In this document: positions 29,164 through 38,844 of the stretch, piece by piece
How the letters are laid out: each line of letters begins with the position of its first letter
Position numbering within the stretch: position 1 is the first letter of the stretch
Source: Minisyncoccia bacterium
GTDB lineage: Bacteria; Patescibacteriota; Minisyncoccia; Phycocordibacterales; UBA9973
Reading direction: 5' to 3'
DNA: 58,853 nt
NCBI GenBank assembly: GCA_038249055.1
Contig: JBBRWS010000008.1
Span: 1-58,853, forward strand
Notes under the pieces: generated by a model
Databases searched by the model: none
Told to the model about the DNA's origin: nothing
The model's input: the letters and a program-made list of their open reading frames with translations, nothing else
Made by a program: the position numbers and the translations under genes

Positions 29164-29355
29164 TATATAAAATACAAAAATAGTCTTATCAGAGGGTCTT
29201 GGGAGGCTGTCGAGCCGAGCATGCTTAAAAGAAAACTGCTTTTCTTTTAAGGCGATGCCGTAGGCACATGTCGTTGTCGTAGACAGACATGAGTGGACAT
29301 TTTTATCCTTTAAATATCCGTGCCCTCTGAGAAGACTATTCTTATATTTTATATA
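29164..29355. mobile_element. MITE-like stem-loop element (ATAGTCTTMTCARAGGG ends), copy 2
   Basis: 33-bp terminal IR with 3 mismatches; internal GGAGGCTGTCGAGC identical to 1487-1500; AA-CTGC-TT hairpin at 29225-29250. Confidence 0.7.
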
Positions 29356-29385
29356 TTAAAACATAGTGTATAATAATTAAATATT

Positions 29386-30249
29386 ATGGAGGACATTTTT
29401 AAATTAAAACCAGAACAATTTCCTAATCCCCTACTTGAAATCCCCCAACCTCCAAAAACTCTTTACATAAGAGGAAAATTACCTGGCCCAGAATTAATAT
29501 ACTTAGCAGTTGTTGGTTCCCGTAAATACACTTCTTACGGCAGAGATATTTGTGAAAAGTTGATTCGTGGATTAAAAGATTATCCTATTGTTATTGTTTC
29601 AGGATTAGCCCTCGGAATAGATACTATTGCACATAAAACAGCGATGGAAGTAGGACTTACAACTATTTCTTTTCCTGGTTCAGGTTTAGACAACAGTGTT
29701 TTGTACCCAAGAACAAACATTCGACTTGCACAAGAAATAATAAACAATGGGGGTTGTTTAATTTCAGAATTCGAACCGAGCTTTATTGCCACACTTTATT
29801 CTTTTCCACAAAGAAATAGATTAATGGCTGGAATATCAAAAGCAGTACTAATAATAGAAGCTGAAGAAAAATCTGGTACGCTTATTACTGCCCGTATGGC
29901 TCTCGACTATAATCGTGATGTCCTGGCTGTTCCCGGCTCTGCATTTTCAGCAAATTCAAATGGAACCAACTGGCTAATAAAACAAGGAGCTACTCCTATA
30001 ACTTCGAGTGGAGATATTTTAGAAGCTCTAGGCTTTGAAATAGAAAAACTAGAGATAAGTGACGAAGAAAAATATGCTGACTGTTCTAAAGAAGAATTAA
30101 AAATAATTGCACTACTCCATGAGCCAATGGAGCGTGATGATTTAGTTCGCGAATCAGGCATGAAAATAGCGGAGGCGAATGCATTGCTTTCAATAATGGA
30201 ATTAAAAGATTTTATTAAAGAAGAATTAGGAGAGATTAGAAAAAAATAA
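29386..30249 (+). CDS. dprA: DNA-processing protein DprA
   Basis: AVVGSR, VSGLALGID, FPQRNRL, SGTLITA, LIKQGA. Confidence 0.96.
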   Translation: MEDIFKLKPEQFPNPLLEIPQPPKTLYIRGKLPGPELIYLAVVGSRKYTSYGRDICEKLIRGLKDYPIVIVSGLALGIDTIAHKTAMEVGLTTISFPGSGLDNSVLYPRTNIRLAQEIINNGGCLISEFEPSFIATLYSFPQRNRLMAGISKAVLIIEAEEKSGTLITARMALDYNRDVLAVPGSAFSANSNGTNWLIKQGATPITSSGDILEALGFEIEKLEISDEEKYADCSKEELKIIALLHEPMERDDLVRESGMKIAEANALLSIMELKDFIKEELGEIRKK

Positions 30250-30290
30250 AAAACATATTCGTACGCTATAGCGTACGAATATGTTTTTTA
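30247..30290. terminator. bidirectional terminator
   Basis: AAAAAACATATTCGTACGC-TATA-GCGTACGAATATGTTTTTT. Confidence 0.85.
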
Positions 30291-30310
30291 GATAATAAAA
30301 TAAATAAAAA

Positions 30311-31618
30311 TTACCTTTCAACCACGGGAAATACTTCCCCAGTATCTGGAATCATAAAATATTGATAACTTATTAATTGAGTCTTAATTAGATCGTCTGT
30401 GTTACCAACAGAGTGAGTATCATCCTCTGTAAGGAAAATTATTCTATCACCGTTATCTCTTCTTGTATCTTTCGTAAAATATACAAAACTACAATTAGCT
30501 TCGATGCATTCTCTAATAGTACTATTGGTCATATGTCCTCTATCTATATTATATTTTTCTGTATAATCAAAAATTTCTCCTGTATCTGCAATTCTAAATG
30601 TCCCCTTAACAAATTTATCAACAACCTCTCCTCTAGCATTTATCATATTTACACTATCTACAATAGGACTTGGAATAGGACCATTAGGGTCATATTTATC
30701 AGAAATAGATTTATTTTCATTATTAACTGAATTATTTTTAACAGTACTTACCCCACAACAATATGAACATGTTACAGGACCTTGATCTTCTTCTATGTAA
30801 AAATTTCCATTTTCATCAATCTTTATTCTATTTGTTAAATCTATACCACCAGGAATACAAGAAGCTTCTTTATCTGTTTTACCTTTTGATTCGCAAAATT
30901 GTTTAGAATCAAAACACTGAGAACGATCTTTGTATTCTTGTGTTACTATTTTTTGGTAAAAACAACTATATCCATCTCTTGAATTACCAACAAGCGCCCC
31001 TTCCTTTCCACATTGAACCTTTGATATAATTTTAACTCCAAAAATCATAACTAAAGGTACTACAACGGTTATAAAAATAATTATAGATAATATTATTACT
31101 AATTTTTTATTATTTTTAATCCATAATTTAAATGAGGCTATTTTTCCAACTTTTTCTCCATTCTCTATATTTTGTGTTGCATTATCTAAATTTTCGGAAA
31201 TATTTATATTATTAATAATGAGTTTTTTTAAATGTTTGACAAAAGTTACCCAAATTATAATAGTAATAATCGATAAAACTATCCAAGGAATAAATGCGAG
31301 AATAGCGAAAAGAAGATTTGGAGTTAGTATTACTTGTAAAAACAAATAGGCAATAATATAAGCAAAAGAAATGTGGGTCCATTTAATTACATCTTGTTTA
31401 AAATTGTAAAGTTTATAAACAAATATTAAAGAAAGACAAATATCAACTAAATATAACCCCAGTCTTATAATATTTGCGGTAGGATTTGATAAAAGACCTG
31501 GAGTTAATAAAACATTAATGTTAATTAATCCTGAGACGAGAGACCAAAGAGTCCCTGTTATTCCCAATATAAATAAAACGAGAATTATCCAAACATAAAC
31601 ACTTTTTTTATTATTCAT
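30311..31618 (-). CDS. hypothetical multi-TM protein with Cys-rich extracellular domain (paralog A)
   Basis: 4+1 TM; CxDSKQFCE, CxYCCG, YDPNGP...IPDTGEVFP shared with the next gene. Confidence 0.75.
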   Translation of the reverse strand: MNNKKSVYVWIILVLFILGITGTLWSLVSGLININVLLTPGLLSNPTANIIRLGLYLVDICLSLIFVYKLYNFKQDVIKWTHISFAYIIAYLFLQVILTPNLLFAILAFIPWIVLSIITIIIWVTFVKHLKKLIINNINISENLDNATQNIENGEKVGKIASFKLWIKNNKKLVIILSIIIFITVVVPLVMIFGVKIISKVQCGKEGALVGNSRDGYSCFYQKIVTQEYKDRSQCFDSKQFCESKGKTDKEASCIPGGIDLTNRIKIDENGNFYIEEDQGPVTCSYCCGVSTVKNNSVNNENKSISDKYDPNGPIPSPIVDSVNMINARGEVVDKFVKGTFRIADTGEIFDYTEKYNIDRGHMTNSTIRECIEANCSFVYFTKDTRRDNGDRIIFLTEDDTHSVGNTDDLIKTQLISYQYFMIPDTGEVFPVVER

Positions 31619-31626
31619 ATATTTAA

Positions 31627-33171
31627 TTATCTATTTATTAATGGAAAAACTTCTCCTGTATCAGGAATTAAAGAATATTGATAGCTAACTAATTCAGCCT
31701 CTTCAATTTTTCCTGTAAAAAAAATACTGGAACTATCTTCAGAAGCTGATAAACTATTTTTACTCTCTGGGTTAAGAAAGATTACAACAACACCTATATT
31801 ATAATGAGGCTCATAACAATATTGTCCTCCACCCTTAACCCCCATACAAAGATCTTCAGAATAAGTTATAGTCTTATCTGACCCACCATTTTGAGAATAT
31901 AAAATAGTATAAGTTGCACCGTCAGACATATCATGAGGATTAGGATAAGATACAACTTTTTTACCTTTTGAATAAAACTCAACTTTTATAATTTTTCCAA
32001 TAGCTGGATTATCTGTGTCATTAAATCTAGCACCAGAACCATATTTTATATAAGTATCATCTACAAAATAAACTTTTTTACAATTTAATTTAACACAACT
32101 ATCAATCGCACTTTCATAATCTAAGCTAACCTTTTCTCTGTATTCAAATGTTTTATCTTCGCCTATTTTTTTAAACGTCCCATTTATCCATTTATCAACA
32201 ACCTCTCCTCTAGCATTTATCATATTTACACTATCTACAATAGGGCTTGGATAAGGGCCATTTGGATCATACTTAGAAGTATTCACTTCTTTAACTAATG
32301 GAACTATTTTATCTATATCCCCACAACAATAATTACAAGCAACAGGTCCGTCTTGTAAATATATAACTCCATCTTTTTTAACACTTATAACATTTTTTCC
32401 ATAAGCACTACTAAAACCACAAAAATCACTCTTGTCAGTTTTACCTTTTAGTTCACAAAATTGTTTAGAATCAATGCACTGAGCATTTTCCGGCTGATTA
32501 ATAAAATAATAAGAACAATAGTATCCACCATTACCATTACTAATAAGTTTTGCATTTCTACCGCATTCTATTCTTGCTTTTGTACTCATAAACAAAGTAG
32601 GACCAAAGATTAAAACAAGTATCACAGATATAATTATCAGAATTGTTTTATTATTTTTAACCCAAAACATAAAACTTGATTTTTCTTTTATTATTTCTTT
32701 ATTATTTTCTTGACTATTATCTAAAACAACTGAAGAATTTTCTAATTGAACTTTCCTTATTCCTTTTAAATGATGAGTAAAAGTAACCCAAATTAATGCA
32801 ATGACTACCATTAAAATTATCCATGGAGTAACTACAACTGGCAAAAACATTAGATAATTAAAAATCAAACCCAAAGAACTACTAAAAATAAAAAAATAGA
32901 AAAAAATATTAGTCCATTTGATAACATCATTCTTTAAATTATAAAGTTTATAAAAATATACAACTAGAATAAAAAGATTTACGAAATTAAAAATTACACT
33001 TAGAATAGAAACAACGGAAATTGTTAAAATGTGATGTTCTAAAAAGATATTAATGCTCATTAAACCTAAAATAACGGCAAAAATATAACTTATTATTCCC
33101 AATAATATTAAAGTTAAAATAATCCAAACATAAGAACTTTTTTTGTTAATAACTATTAACTGATTTTCCAT
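31627..33171 (-). CDS. hypothetical multi-TM protein with Cys-rich extracellular domain (paralog B)
   Basis: Same architecture as paralog A plus ~80 extra aa. Confidence 0.75.
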   Translation of the reverse strand: MENQLIVINKKSSYVWIILTLILLGIISYIFAVILGLMSINIFLEHHILTISVVSILSVIFNFVNLFILVVYFYKLYNLKNDVIKWTNIFFYFFIFSSSLGLIFNYLMFLPVVVTPWIILMVVIALIWVTFTHHLKGIRKVQLENSSVVLDNSQENNKEIIKEKSSFMFWVKNNKTILIIISVILVLIFGPTLFMSTKARIECGRNAKLISNGNGGYYCSYYFINQPENAQCIDSKQFCELKGKTDKSDFCGFSSAYGKNVISVKKDGVIYLQDGPVACNYCCGDIDKIVPLVKEVNTSKYDPNGPYPSPIVDSVNMINARGEVVDKWINGTFKKIGEDKTFEYREKVSLDYESAIDSCVKLNCKKVYFVDDTYIKYGSGARFNDTDNPAIGKIIKVEFYSKGKKVVSYPNPHDMSDGATYTILYSQNGGSDKTITYSEDLCMGVKGGGQYCYEPHYNIGVVVIFLNPESKNSLSASEDSSSIFFTGKIEEAELVSYQYSLIPDTGEVFPLINR

Positions 33172-33175
33172 ATAG

Positions 33176-33412
33176 TTATTTTTTAATTTTTATTAAAGAA
33201 AAAATTGCTATTAATGACCATACTACTTGTAGCGTAAATGCTGGCCAAGCACTCTGTTGAAAAACATTAACTCCGACAAAAATAGCACCGAATAAATTCA
33301 ATAATTGATATCTTCTGTCTGTTGCACTAATTTTATTATTAGAAACTAAAAAATAAGCTAATACTATTAAAAAAGTTCCAATCCAACCGATAGTTTGTGA
33401 AAATATTTCCAT
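33176..33412 (-). CDS. small 3-TM protein (CBU_0592-like)
   Basis: IGWIG..LIVLAY...YQLLNLFGA...AWP. Confidence 0.7.
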   Translation of the reverse strand: MEIFSQTIGWIGTFLIVLAYFLVSNNKISATDRRYQLLNLFGAIFVGVNVFQQSAWPAFTLQVVWSLIAIFSLIKIKK

Positions 33413-33560
33413 CTATTAATTGTATATTAGAATCAAATATTTATCAAAGAATTTGCAAAAAAATATGTTTTCGTGTAATACTGTGAATTAGGTTCTGGTA
33501 TCTAGTTTCTATTTTTTAAAAACCTAATCACTTGTCACTAGTTCCTAATCACTAATTTAT

Positions 33561-35792
33561 ATGAAACTTTTAATTGTTGAGTCCCCTTCAAAAGCAAAGA
33601 CAATAGAAAAATATTTAGACGGCGCATACACTGTGCGTGCTTCTGTTGGGCACATAAGAGATTTACCAAAATCAAATAAAGAGGCAATAGACATACCTGG
33701 TGGTTTTATACCTCGTTATGAAATATCAAAAGGTAAAGAAAAAGTAGTTTCTGAATTAAAATCTCTTTCTGAAAAAGCAACAGAAATAATGCTCGCAACT
33801 GACCCGGACCGTGAAGGAGAAGCTATCTCATGGCATTTAAAAGAATTACTTGATGAAGATAAAAAAGTTAAAGCTCCTATTAAAAGAGTAACTTTTTATG
33901 AAATTACAAAAGAAGCTGTACAAAATGCACTTCAAAACCCTCGTGACATAGACCAAGATCTTGTAAAAGCTCAAGAAGCCCGTCGTGTACTTGACCGTCT
34001 TGTAGGATATGATTTATCTGGAATCATTTGGAAAAAAGTACGATACGGCCTTTCTGCAGGAAGAGTTCAATCCCCCGCTCTTCGTATAATAATGGAACGC
34101 GAAAGAGAAATTCGTGCTTTTATTCCTGAACAATATTGGACACTAGAAGGAACTTGGGAAACAAATAAAAATAATAAAATAACTCTATCTTGTGTAGAGG
34201 AACCTAGAGATGAAAAAGTTGTAACTCAAATTCTTAAACTAGGCAATAAAGAAAAATGGTTTGTAAAAGATTTAAAAACAAGTGAACAAAAGAGGCAACC
34301 TCGTGCTCCCTTTACAACTTCCACTCTTCAGCAGACTGCTAGTACTAGACTTGGATTTTCTCCTTCACGTACTATGCAAGTGGCCCAGAAACTTTATGAA
34401 CAAGGTTTTATTACATATATGCGTACAGATAGTACAAATTTAAGTTTAGTTGCTCAAAATCAAATACTTGCCCTCGTAGAAAAAAAATATGGTAAGGAGT
34501 ATGTAGAAGCTCATGTATATAAAGCCAAATCTAAAAATGCACAGGAGGCACACGAAGCTATTCGTCCTACTCATATAGAACAAATAAATGCAGGTGCAAA
34601 TGAAGAACAAAATAAACTTTATAAATTAATTTGGGAAAGAGTTGTTTCTTCTCAAATGTCTGACGCAAAATTATTAAAAACAAAAATTACTGCAAATATT
34701 AAAGAGGATGCAATTCCTGATTTTACTGCCAATGGTTCACGTGTATTATTTCCTGGATGGCTTCTATGTGAGACGGGAGCACGGGGTGAAGATGTTGAAC
34801 TTCCAGAAGTAATAGTAGGTGAAGAATTAAAACTTATAGAACTAAACAGCACAGAGAAAGCGACTGAACCTCCTAATCGTTATACTGAAGCGGGATTAGT
34901 TAAAGAACTTGAAGCACGTGACATCGGACGCCCTTCTACATATGCATCTATCATGAAAACTATTGAAGATAGAGGCTACGTGAGAAAAGAAGGACGTACT
35001 TTATTCCCTACTGATACTGGAGATGTGGTATCATCTTTTCTTGAAAATAATTTTGGAGAATATATAAGTGATACTTTCACCGCAGAAATGGAAGACAAAT
35101 TAGATGATATTTCAAATGGCAAAAGAGATTATGTAAAAACTTTAAGTGATTTTTATATTCCATTTCAAAAAGACGTTAAAGAAAAAGATAAACTTGCAAA
35201 AGCAACAAACATGGGTGAGGCTCCACTTGATATATTATGTCCAAAATGCGGAGGAAGTATGATTGTTAAACTTTCACGTGGAGGAAAATTTTATTCTTGT
35301 TCTAATTATCCAGATTGTGACGGTGCAAAAACTATTGAAGGAGTTGAACTTGAAGGTCCAAAAGAAACTGGTGAAATGTGTCCTACTTGTGGAGAAAAGA
35401 AAGGAAAATCAGGTGGTGGAAAACTTGTGATTCGTGTTAGACGTGACGGTACAGGTACTTTTATTTCTTGCTCTCGCTATCCTAAATGTAAATTTATAAA
35501 ACAAGACGAAGAAGAAATGAAAAGAAAGATGACAGATATTACCTGTCCTACGTGTCAAAAAGGCAAAATGATGGAACGCAAAGGAAGATTTGGAATATTT
35601 TATTCATGTAGTAACTACCCAGACTGTAAAAATGCTATCAAAGCAAAACCAACTGGAAATATTTGTCCTATGTGTGACTCACTTATGATGGAAGGCACAA
35701 AAACTATTCCTGAACGTTGTTCAAATAAAATGTGTAAGAATCATAATCCGCACAAACTTGGAGAAAACATAAAGAACAATAAAAACATTTAG
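33561..35792 (+). CDS. topA: DNA topoisomerase I with C-terminal zinc ribbons
   Basis: IVESPSKAK, ATDPDREGE, SAGRVQS, ITYMRTD, IGRPSTYA, repeated CPxC ribbons. Confidence 0.98.
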   Translation: MKLLIVESPSKAKTIEKYLDGAYTVRASVGHIRDLPKSNKEAIDIPGGFIPRYEISKGKEKVVSELKSLSEKATEIMLATDPDREGEAISWHLKELLDEDKKVKAPIKRVTFYEITKEAVQNALQNPRDIDQDLVKAQEARRVLDRLVGYDLSGIIWKKVRYGLSAGRVQSPALRIIMEREREIRAFIPEQYWTLEGTWETNKNNKITLSCVEEPRDEKVVTQILKLGNKEKWFVKDLKTSEQKRQPRAPFTTSTLQQTASTRLGFSPSRTMQVAQKLYEQGFITYMRTDSTNLSLVAQNQILALVEKKYGKEYVEAHVYKAKSKNAQEAHEAIRPTHIEQINAGANEEQNKLYKLIWERVVSSQMSDAKLLKTKITANIKEDAIPDFTANGSRVLFPGWLLCETGARGEDVELPEVIVGEELKLIELNSTEKATEPPNRYTEAGLVKELEARDIGRPSTYASIMKTIEDRGYVRKEGRTLFPTDTGDVVSSFLENNFGEYISDTFTAEMEDKLDDISNGKRDYVKTLSDFYIPFQKDVKEKDKLAKATNMGEAPLDILCPKCGGSMIVKLSRGGKFYSCSNYPDCDGAKTIEGVELEGPKETGEMCPTCGEKKGKSGGGKLVIRVRRDGTGTFISCSRYPKCKFIKQDEEEMKRKMTDITCPTCQKGKMMERKGRFGIFYSCSNYPDCKNAIKAKPTGNICPMCDSLMMEGTKTIPERCSNKMCKNHNPHKLGENIKNNKNI

Positions 35793-35903
35793 CCTTCGCT
35801 AAATGTTTTAGTTTTTGTGAGACGGAGCGATGTTTTGCGAGCACGCAAAACCGCGAGTCAAGGTTATTAGTTTTTCGAGTGGCGACGAGAAAAAACTTGT
35901 AAC
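35784..35903 (+). mobile_element. topA-associated antisense/scaffold element (scaffold B)
   Basis: 25-nt hairpin 35784-35808; antisense TAGTTTTTGTG 35809-35819; AGACGGAG...GAGTC..GGT...CTTGTAAC related to 1483-1544. Confidence 0.7.
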
Positions 35904-35992
35904 CAAAAACTATTCCCGAAAGATGCAGCAACAAGATGTGTAAAAACCATAATCCGCACAAGCTTGGGGAAAATATAAAAAGTAATAAATAA
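35904..35992 (+). pseudogene. synonymously recoded duplicate of the last ~28 codons of topA
   Basis: Encodes KTIPERCSNKMCKNHNPHKLGENIKSNK* versus topA ...ENIKNNKNI*. Confidence 0.9.
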
Positions 35993-36013
35993 ATTTTTTC
36001 AAAGGTACAACTT

Positions 36014-36038
36014 TGATTGAGTACAATCACCTACTGGG
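36014..36038 (-). repeat. 25-bp GTAG-type REP-like unit, copy 3
   Basis: Plus strand TGATTG-AGTA-CAATCA-CCTACTGGG. Confidence 0.85.
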
Positions 36039-36142
36039 CCGAAGCCGGCTAGCCAGTGAGGTCAATTTGCTAATTGAAGGTTGGACCTCTAAAACATTTA
36101 CCTGTCGTTTCCAAAAAAATACCAATACGTTATAATAAAGAA

Positions 36143-37609
36143 ATGATTCCAACAATCGAAGAAATAATATCTTTTACCCCAAATATAACAGAAAATGATA
36201 AAGCCCTTATAAAAAAGGCATATAATTTTGCGAAAAAAGCACACGAAGGACAACTTAGAAAAAATGGAGATCCTTACCTTATACACGTTGCAACAACTGC
36301 TCAAAATTTAGCAGACCTTGGGATGAGTCCTGTTGTCATATCTGCTGGTCTACTCCATGATGTTTTAGAAGATGCAGATGTAACTAGAGAAGAATTACAA
36401 AAAGAGTTTGGAGAAGAGATAGTGGAACTCGTAGAAGGAGTTACTAAACTTGGTAGAGTTAAATATAAAGGAATTGAACGTAATGTAGAAAACTTGAGAA
36501 AATTTTTCATTTCTGTTGCAAAAGATTTACGTGTTCTTGTCATTAAATTAGCCGACAGATTACACAACATAGAAACATTAGAAAATGTTAGACCCGACAA
36601 ACAAAGACGTATTGCACTTGAAACTCTAGAAATATACGCCCCCCTAGCGAATCGTCTTTCTATGGGAAGACTTAAGGGTAAACTTGAAGATGAAGCTTTT
36701 CCATTTGCTTACCCTAAAGAATATCAGGAAGTAAAAAAATTACTTTTACATAAAAAAGATGTTGGAGAAAAATATTTAATAGAAGTAAAAGAAAAAATTG
36801 AACAAAAAATTAAAGAATCTAAATTAAAAGATGTCACAATAGATTATCGCCAGAAGCATTTATATTCACTCTGGAAAAAACTCCAAAAAAATGATATGGA
36901 TATAGAAAAAATATACGATATCATAGCTCTTAGAGTTATGGTTAAAACTGTTGCTGATTGTTATCACGTCTTAGGTTTGGTTCATGGAGAATGGACACCA
37001 GTGCCAAATAGAATAAAAGATTATATTGCAACTCCAAAAGCAAATGGATATCAGAGTTTGCATACAACTATCTTTACAGGAACAGGAGGTATAGCAGAAA
37101 TACAAATTCGTACATATGAAATGCACGAAAAAGCTGAAAATGGTATAGCTGCTCACTTTATCTATAAAGAAAAAGATAAAAATGAAAGCACAATACCTAA
37201 GCAACTTGAGTGGGTTCAACAATTACATGAACTTAATCAAAATAAAGATAACCCTGAAAAATTCTTAAAATCGATAAAAATGGATTTCTTTAAAGATAGA
37301 GTTTTCGTTTTTACTCCTAGGGGGGATGTTATAGATTTACCCGAAGATTCTTCTGTTATTGATTTTGCATATGCTATACACACGGATGTTGGAGACCACG
37401 CACAAGGGTCAAAGGTTAATGGAAAAAATTCTTCTCTTGGTACTAAACTTAAAAATAATGATATAGTAGAAATTCAAACAAATAAGAATTCTAATCCATC
37501 ATCTAAATGGTTGGACTATGCAAAAACTAGTCTTGCTCGAAAACGTATAAATGTCTATTTGAAATCAAATAGCCTGCTTTCAAAATTTCTATCTTTTGGT
37601 AAACAATAA
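36143..37609 (+). CDS. rel: RelA/SpoT (p)ppGpp synthetase/hydrolase, HD+SYNTH+TGS, no ACT (start moved to MIPTIEE)
   Basis: LLHDVLED, KLADRLHN, APLANRL, KDYIATPK.NGYQSLHT, EIQIRT, DFAYAIHT. Confidence 0.93.
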   Translation: MIPTIEEIISFTPNITENDKALIKKAYNFAKKAHEGQLRKNGDPYLIHVATTAQNLADLGMSPVVISAGLLHDVLEDADVTREELQKEFGEEIVELVEGVTKLGRVKYKGIERNVENLRKFFISVAKDLRVLVIKLADRLHNIETLENVRPDKQRRIALETLEIYAPLANRLSMGRLKGKLEDEAFPFAYPKEYQEVKKLLLHKKDVGEKYLIEVKEKIEQKIKESKLKDVTIDYRQKHLYSLWKKLQKNDMDIEKIYDIIALRVMVKTVADCYHVLGLVHGEWTPVPNRIKDYIATPKANGYQSLHTTIFTGTGGIAEIQIRTYEMHEKAENGIAAHFIYKEKDKNESTIPKQLEWVQQLHELNQNKDNPEKFLKSIKMDFFKDRVFVFTPRGDVIDLPEDSSVIDFAYAIHTDVGDHAQGSKVNGKNSSLGTKLKNNDIVEIQTNKNSNPSSKWLDYAKTSLARKRINVYLKSNSLLSKFLSFGKQ

Positions 37610-37614
37610 AGTCT

Positions 37615-37660
37615 AATTAAAAAAATCACTTCGACTAAAGTCGAAGTGATTTTTTTAATT
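37615..37660. terminator. bidirectional terminator
   Basis: AAAAAAATCACTTCGAC-TAAA-GTCGAAGTGATTTTTTT. Confidence 0.85.
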
Positions 37661-38687
37661 AGATTGAGAAATTTTTGATGTTATATAAATCAATATCTTC
37701 CTCAGTTTTTGCTATTTCTTGTTTTGTTCTATCTTCAACAAGATGATCATCAATAAAAGTGTTTACATCTTCTGAAATATTTTGTTTAATCGTAACCGAA
37801 ACTTCAGGTTGTGATTCTTGACTAGCAGCAAATTTATCTAACATTGCATTTGGATTGCTACCTTCGACAGATTTAATTAAACCAAGAATAGTATGCAAGT
37901 CATCATTAGTAAAGAAATCAATCGTAATATAACCACCATTTTCTTTCTTTTCAATATGAACCCGAGTTCCAAGTGATTCTTGCAATTTTTCTTCCATTTC
38001 TGCAATCTCTGGATCAAGCATATACTCCTTTTTTCGAACACGATCAAAAGCTATTTTACGCGCGGCCTTTTCTGCGTCACGAACTGTCATCTTTTTAAAA
38101 ACTATTTCTTTAAATAGTACCATCTGTTCCTGAGGTCTGTCCGTAAGCATCAAAATAGGACGGGTGTGTCCTTCGCTTATTTTTCTTGCAGAGAGTGCAT
38201 CTAATATCTCTTGAGGTAAAGCAAGAAGTCTCATTGTGTTTGATACATATTCACGACTCTTTCCAACTTTCTTTCCTATCTGAGTGTGAGTAAATTTAAA
38301 TTCTTCTACAAGTCTCATAAAAGCTCGAGCACGTTCAACTGCATTTAAATCTTCACGTTGTAAGTTCTCAATTATAGCAAGCTCAAGCTTAGCCATACTA
38401 TCATCACCTACTCGAATAATAACTGGAATTTGTTCAAGCCCGGCTAACTTGGAAGCTCTTAATCTACGCTCCCCCGCAATAAGTTCATATTCTACTGCAA
38501 TACCACCATCTTCCTTCTGAATTTCTTCTCGTGATACTACAAGCGGCTGAAGAACACCATACTGACGAATAGAATCTGCTAAATCCCTCAAACGATCTTC
38601 ATCAAACTCACGGCGAGGTTGAAAAGGATTTGGTTTAACTTTTTCTATATCTACCCAAAAAATTGAATTACTATAAAGTTGAGACAT
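37659..38687 (-). CDS. parB: ParB/Spo0J partition protein
   Basis: PNPFQPR, GVLQP, IAGERRLRA, IENLQREDL, HTH. Confidence 0.95.
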   Translation of the reverse strand: MSQLYSNSIFWVDIEKVKPNPFQPRREFDEDRLRDLADSIRQYGVLQPLVVSREEIQKEDGGIAVEYELIAGERRLRASKLAGLEQIPVIIRVGDDSMAKLELAIIENLQREDLNAVERARAFMRLVEEFKFTHTQIGKKVGKSREYVSNTMRLLALPQEILDALSARKISEGHTRPILMLTDRPQEQMVLFKEIVFKKMTVRDAEKAARKIAFDRVRKKEYMLDPEIAEMEEKLQESLGTRVHIEKKENGGYITIDFFTNDDLHTILGLIKSVEGSNPNAMLDKFAASQESQPEVSVTIKQNISEDVNTFIDDHLVEDRTKQEIAKTEEDIDLYNIKNFSI

Positions 38688-38761
38688 ACAGAGTATTTTA
38701 TCACACTTTCATCATGTTGAAAAATTTAAATATTTGTGTATAATTAACCCTGTTAGTATAT

Positions 38762-38844
38762 GCGTCGGTGGTAGAGCGGTCAATTACAACAGACTGTAAA
38801 TCTGTCGCCTTCGGGCTACGTAGGTTCAAATCCTACCCGACGCA
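38762..38844 (+). tRNA. tRNA-Tyr(GTA), no encoded CCA
   Basis: Acceptor GCGTCGG/CCGACGC, loop CTGTAAA, long variable arm, T-loop TTCAAAT. Confidence 0.95.

Noticed and set aside
33483-33553. Short IR and CCTAATCACT direct repeats upstream of topA, weakly like 4573-4597
   Set aside because: Too short and degenerate to support a family by eye.
35698-35992. DGR template/variable repeat pair at the topA tail
   Set aside because: Differences are synonymous and not adenine-specific; no reverse transcriptase in the window.
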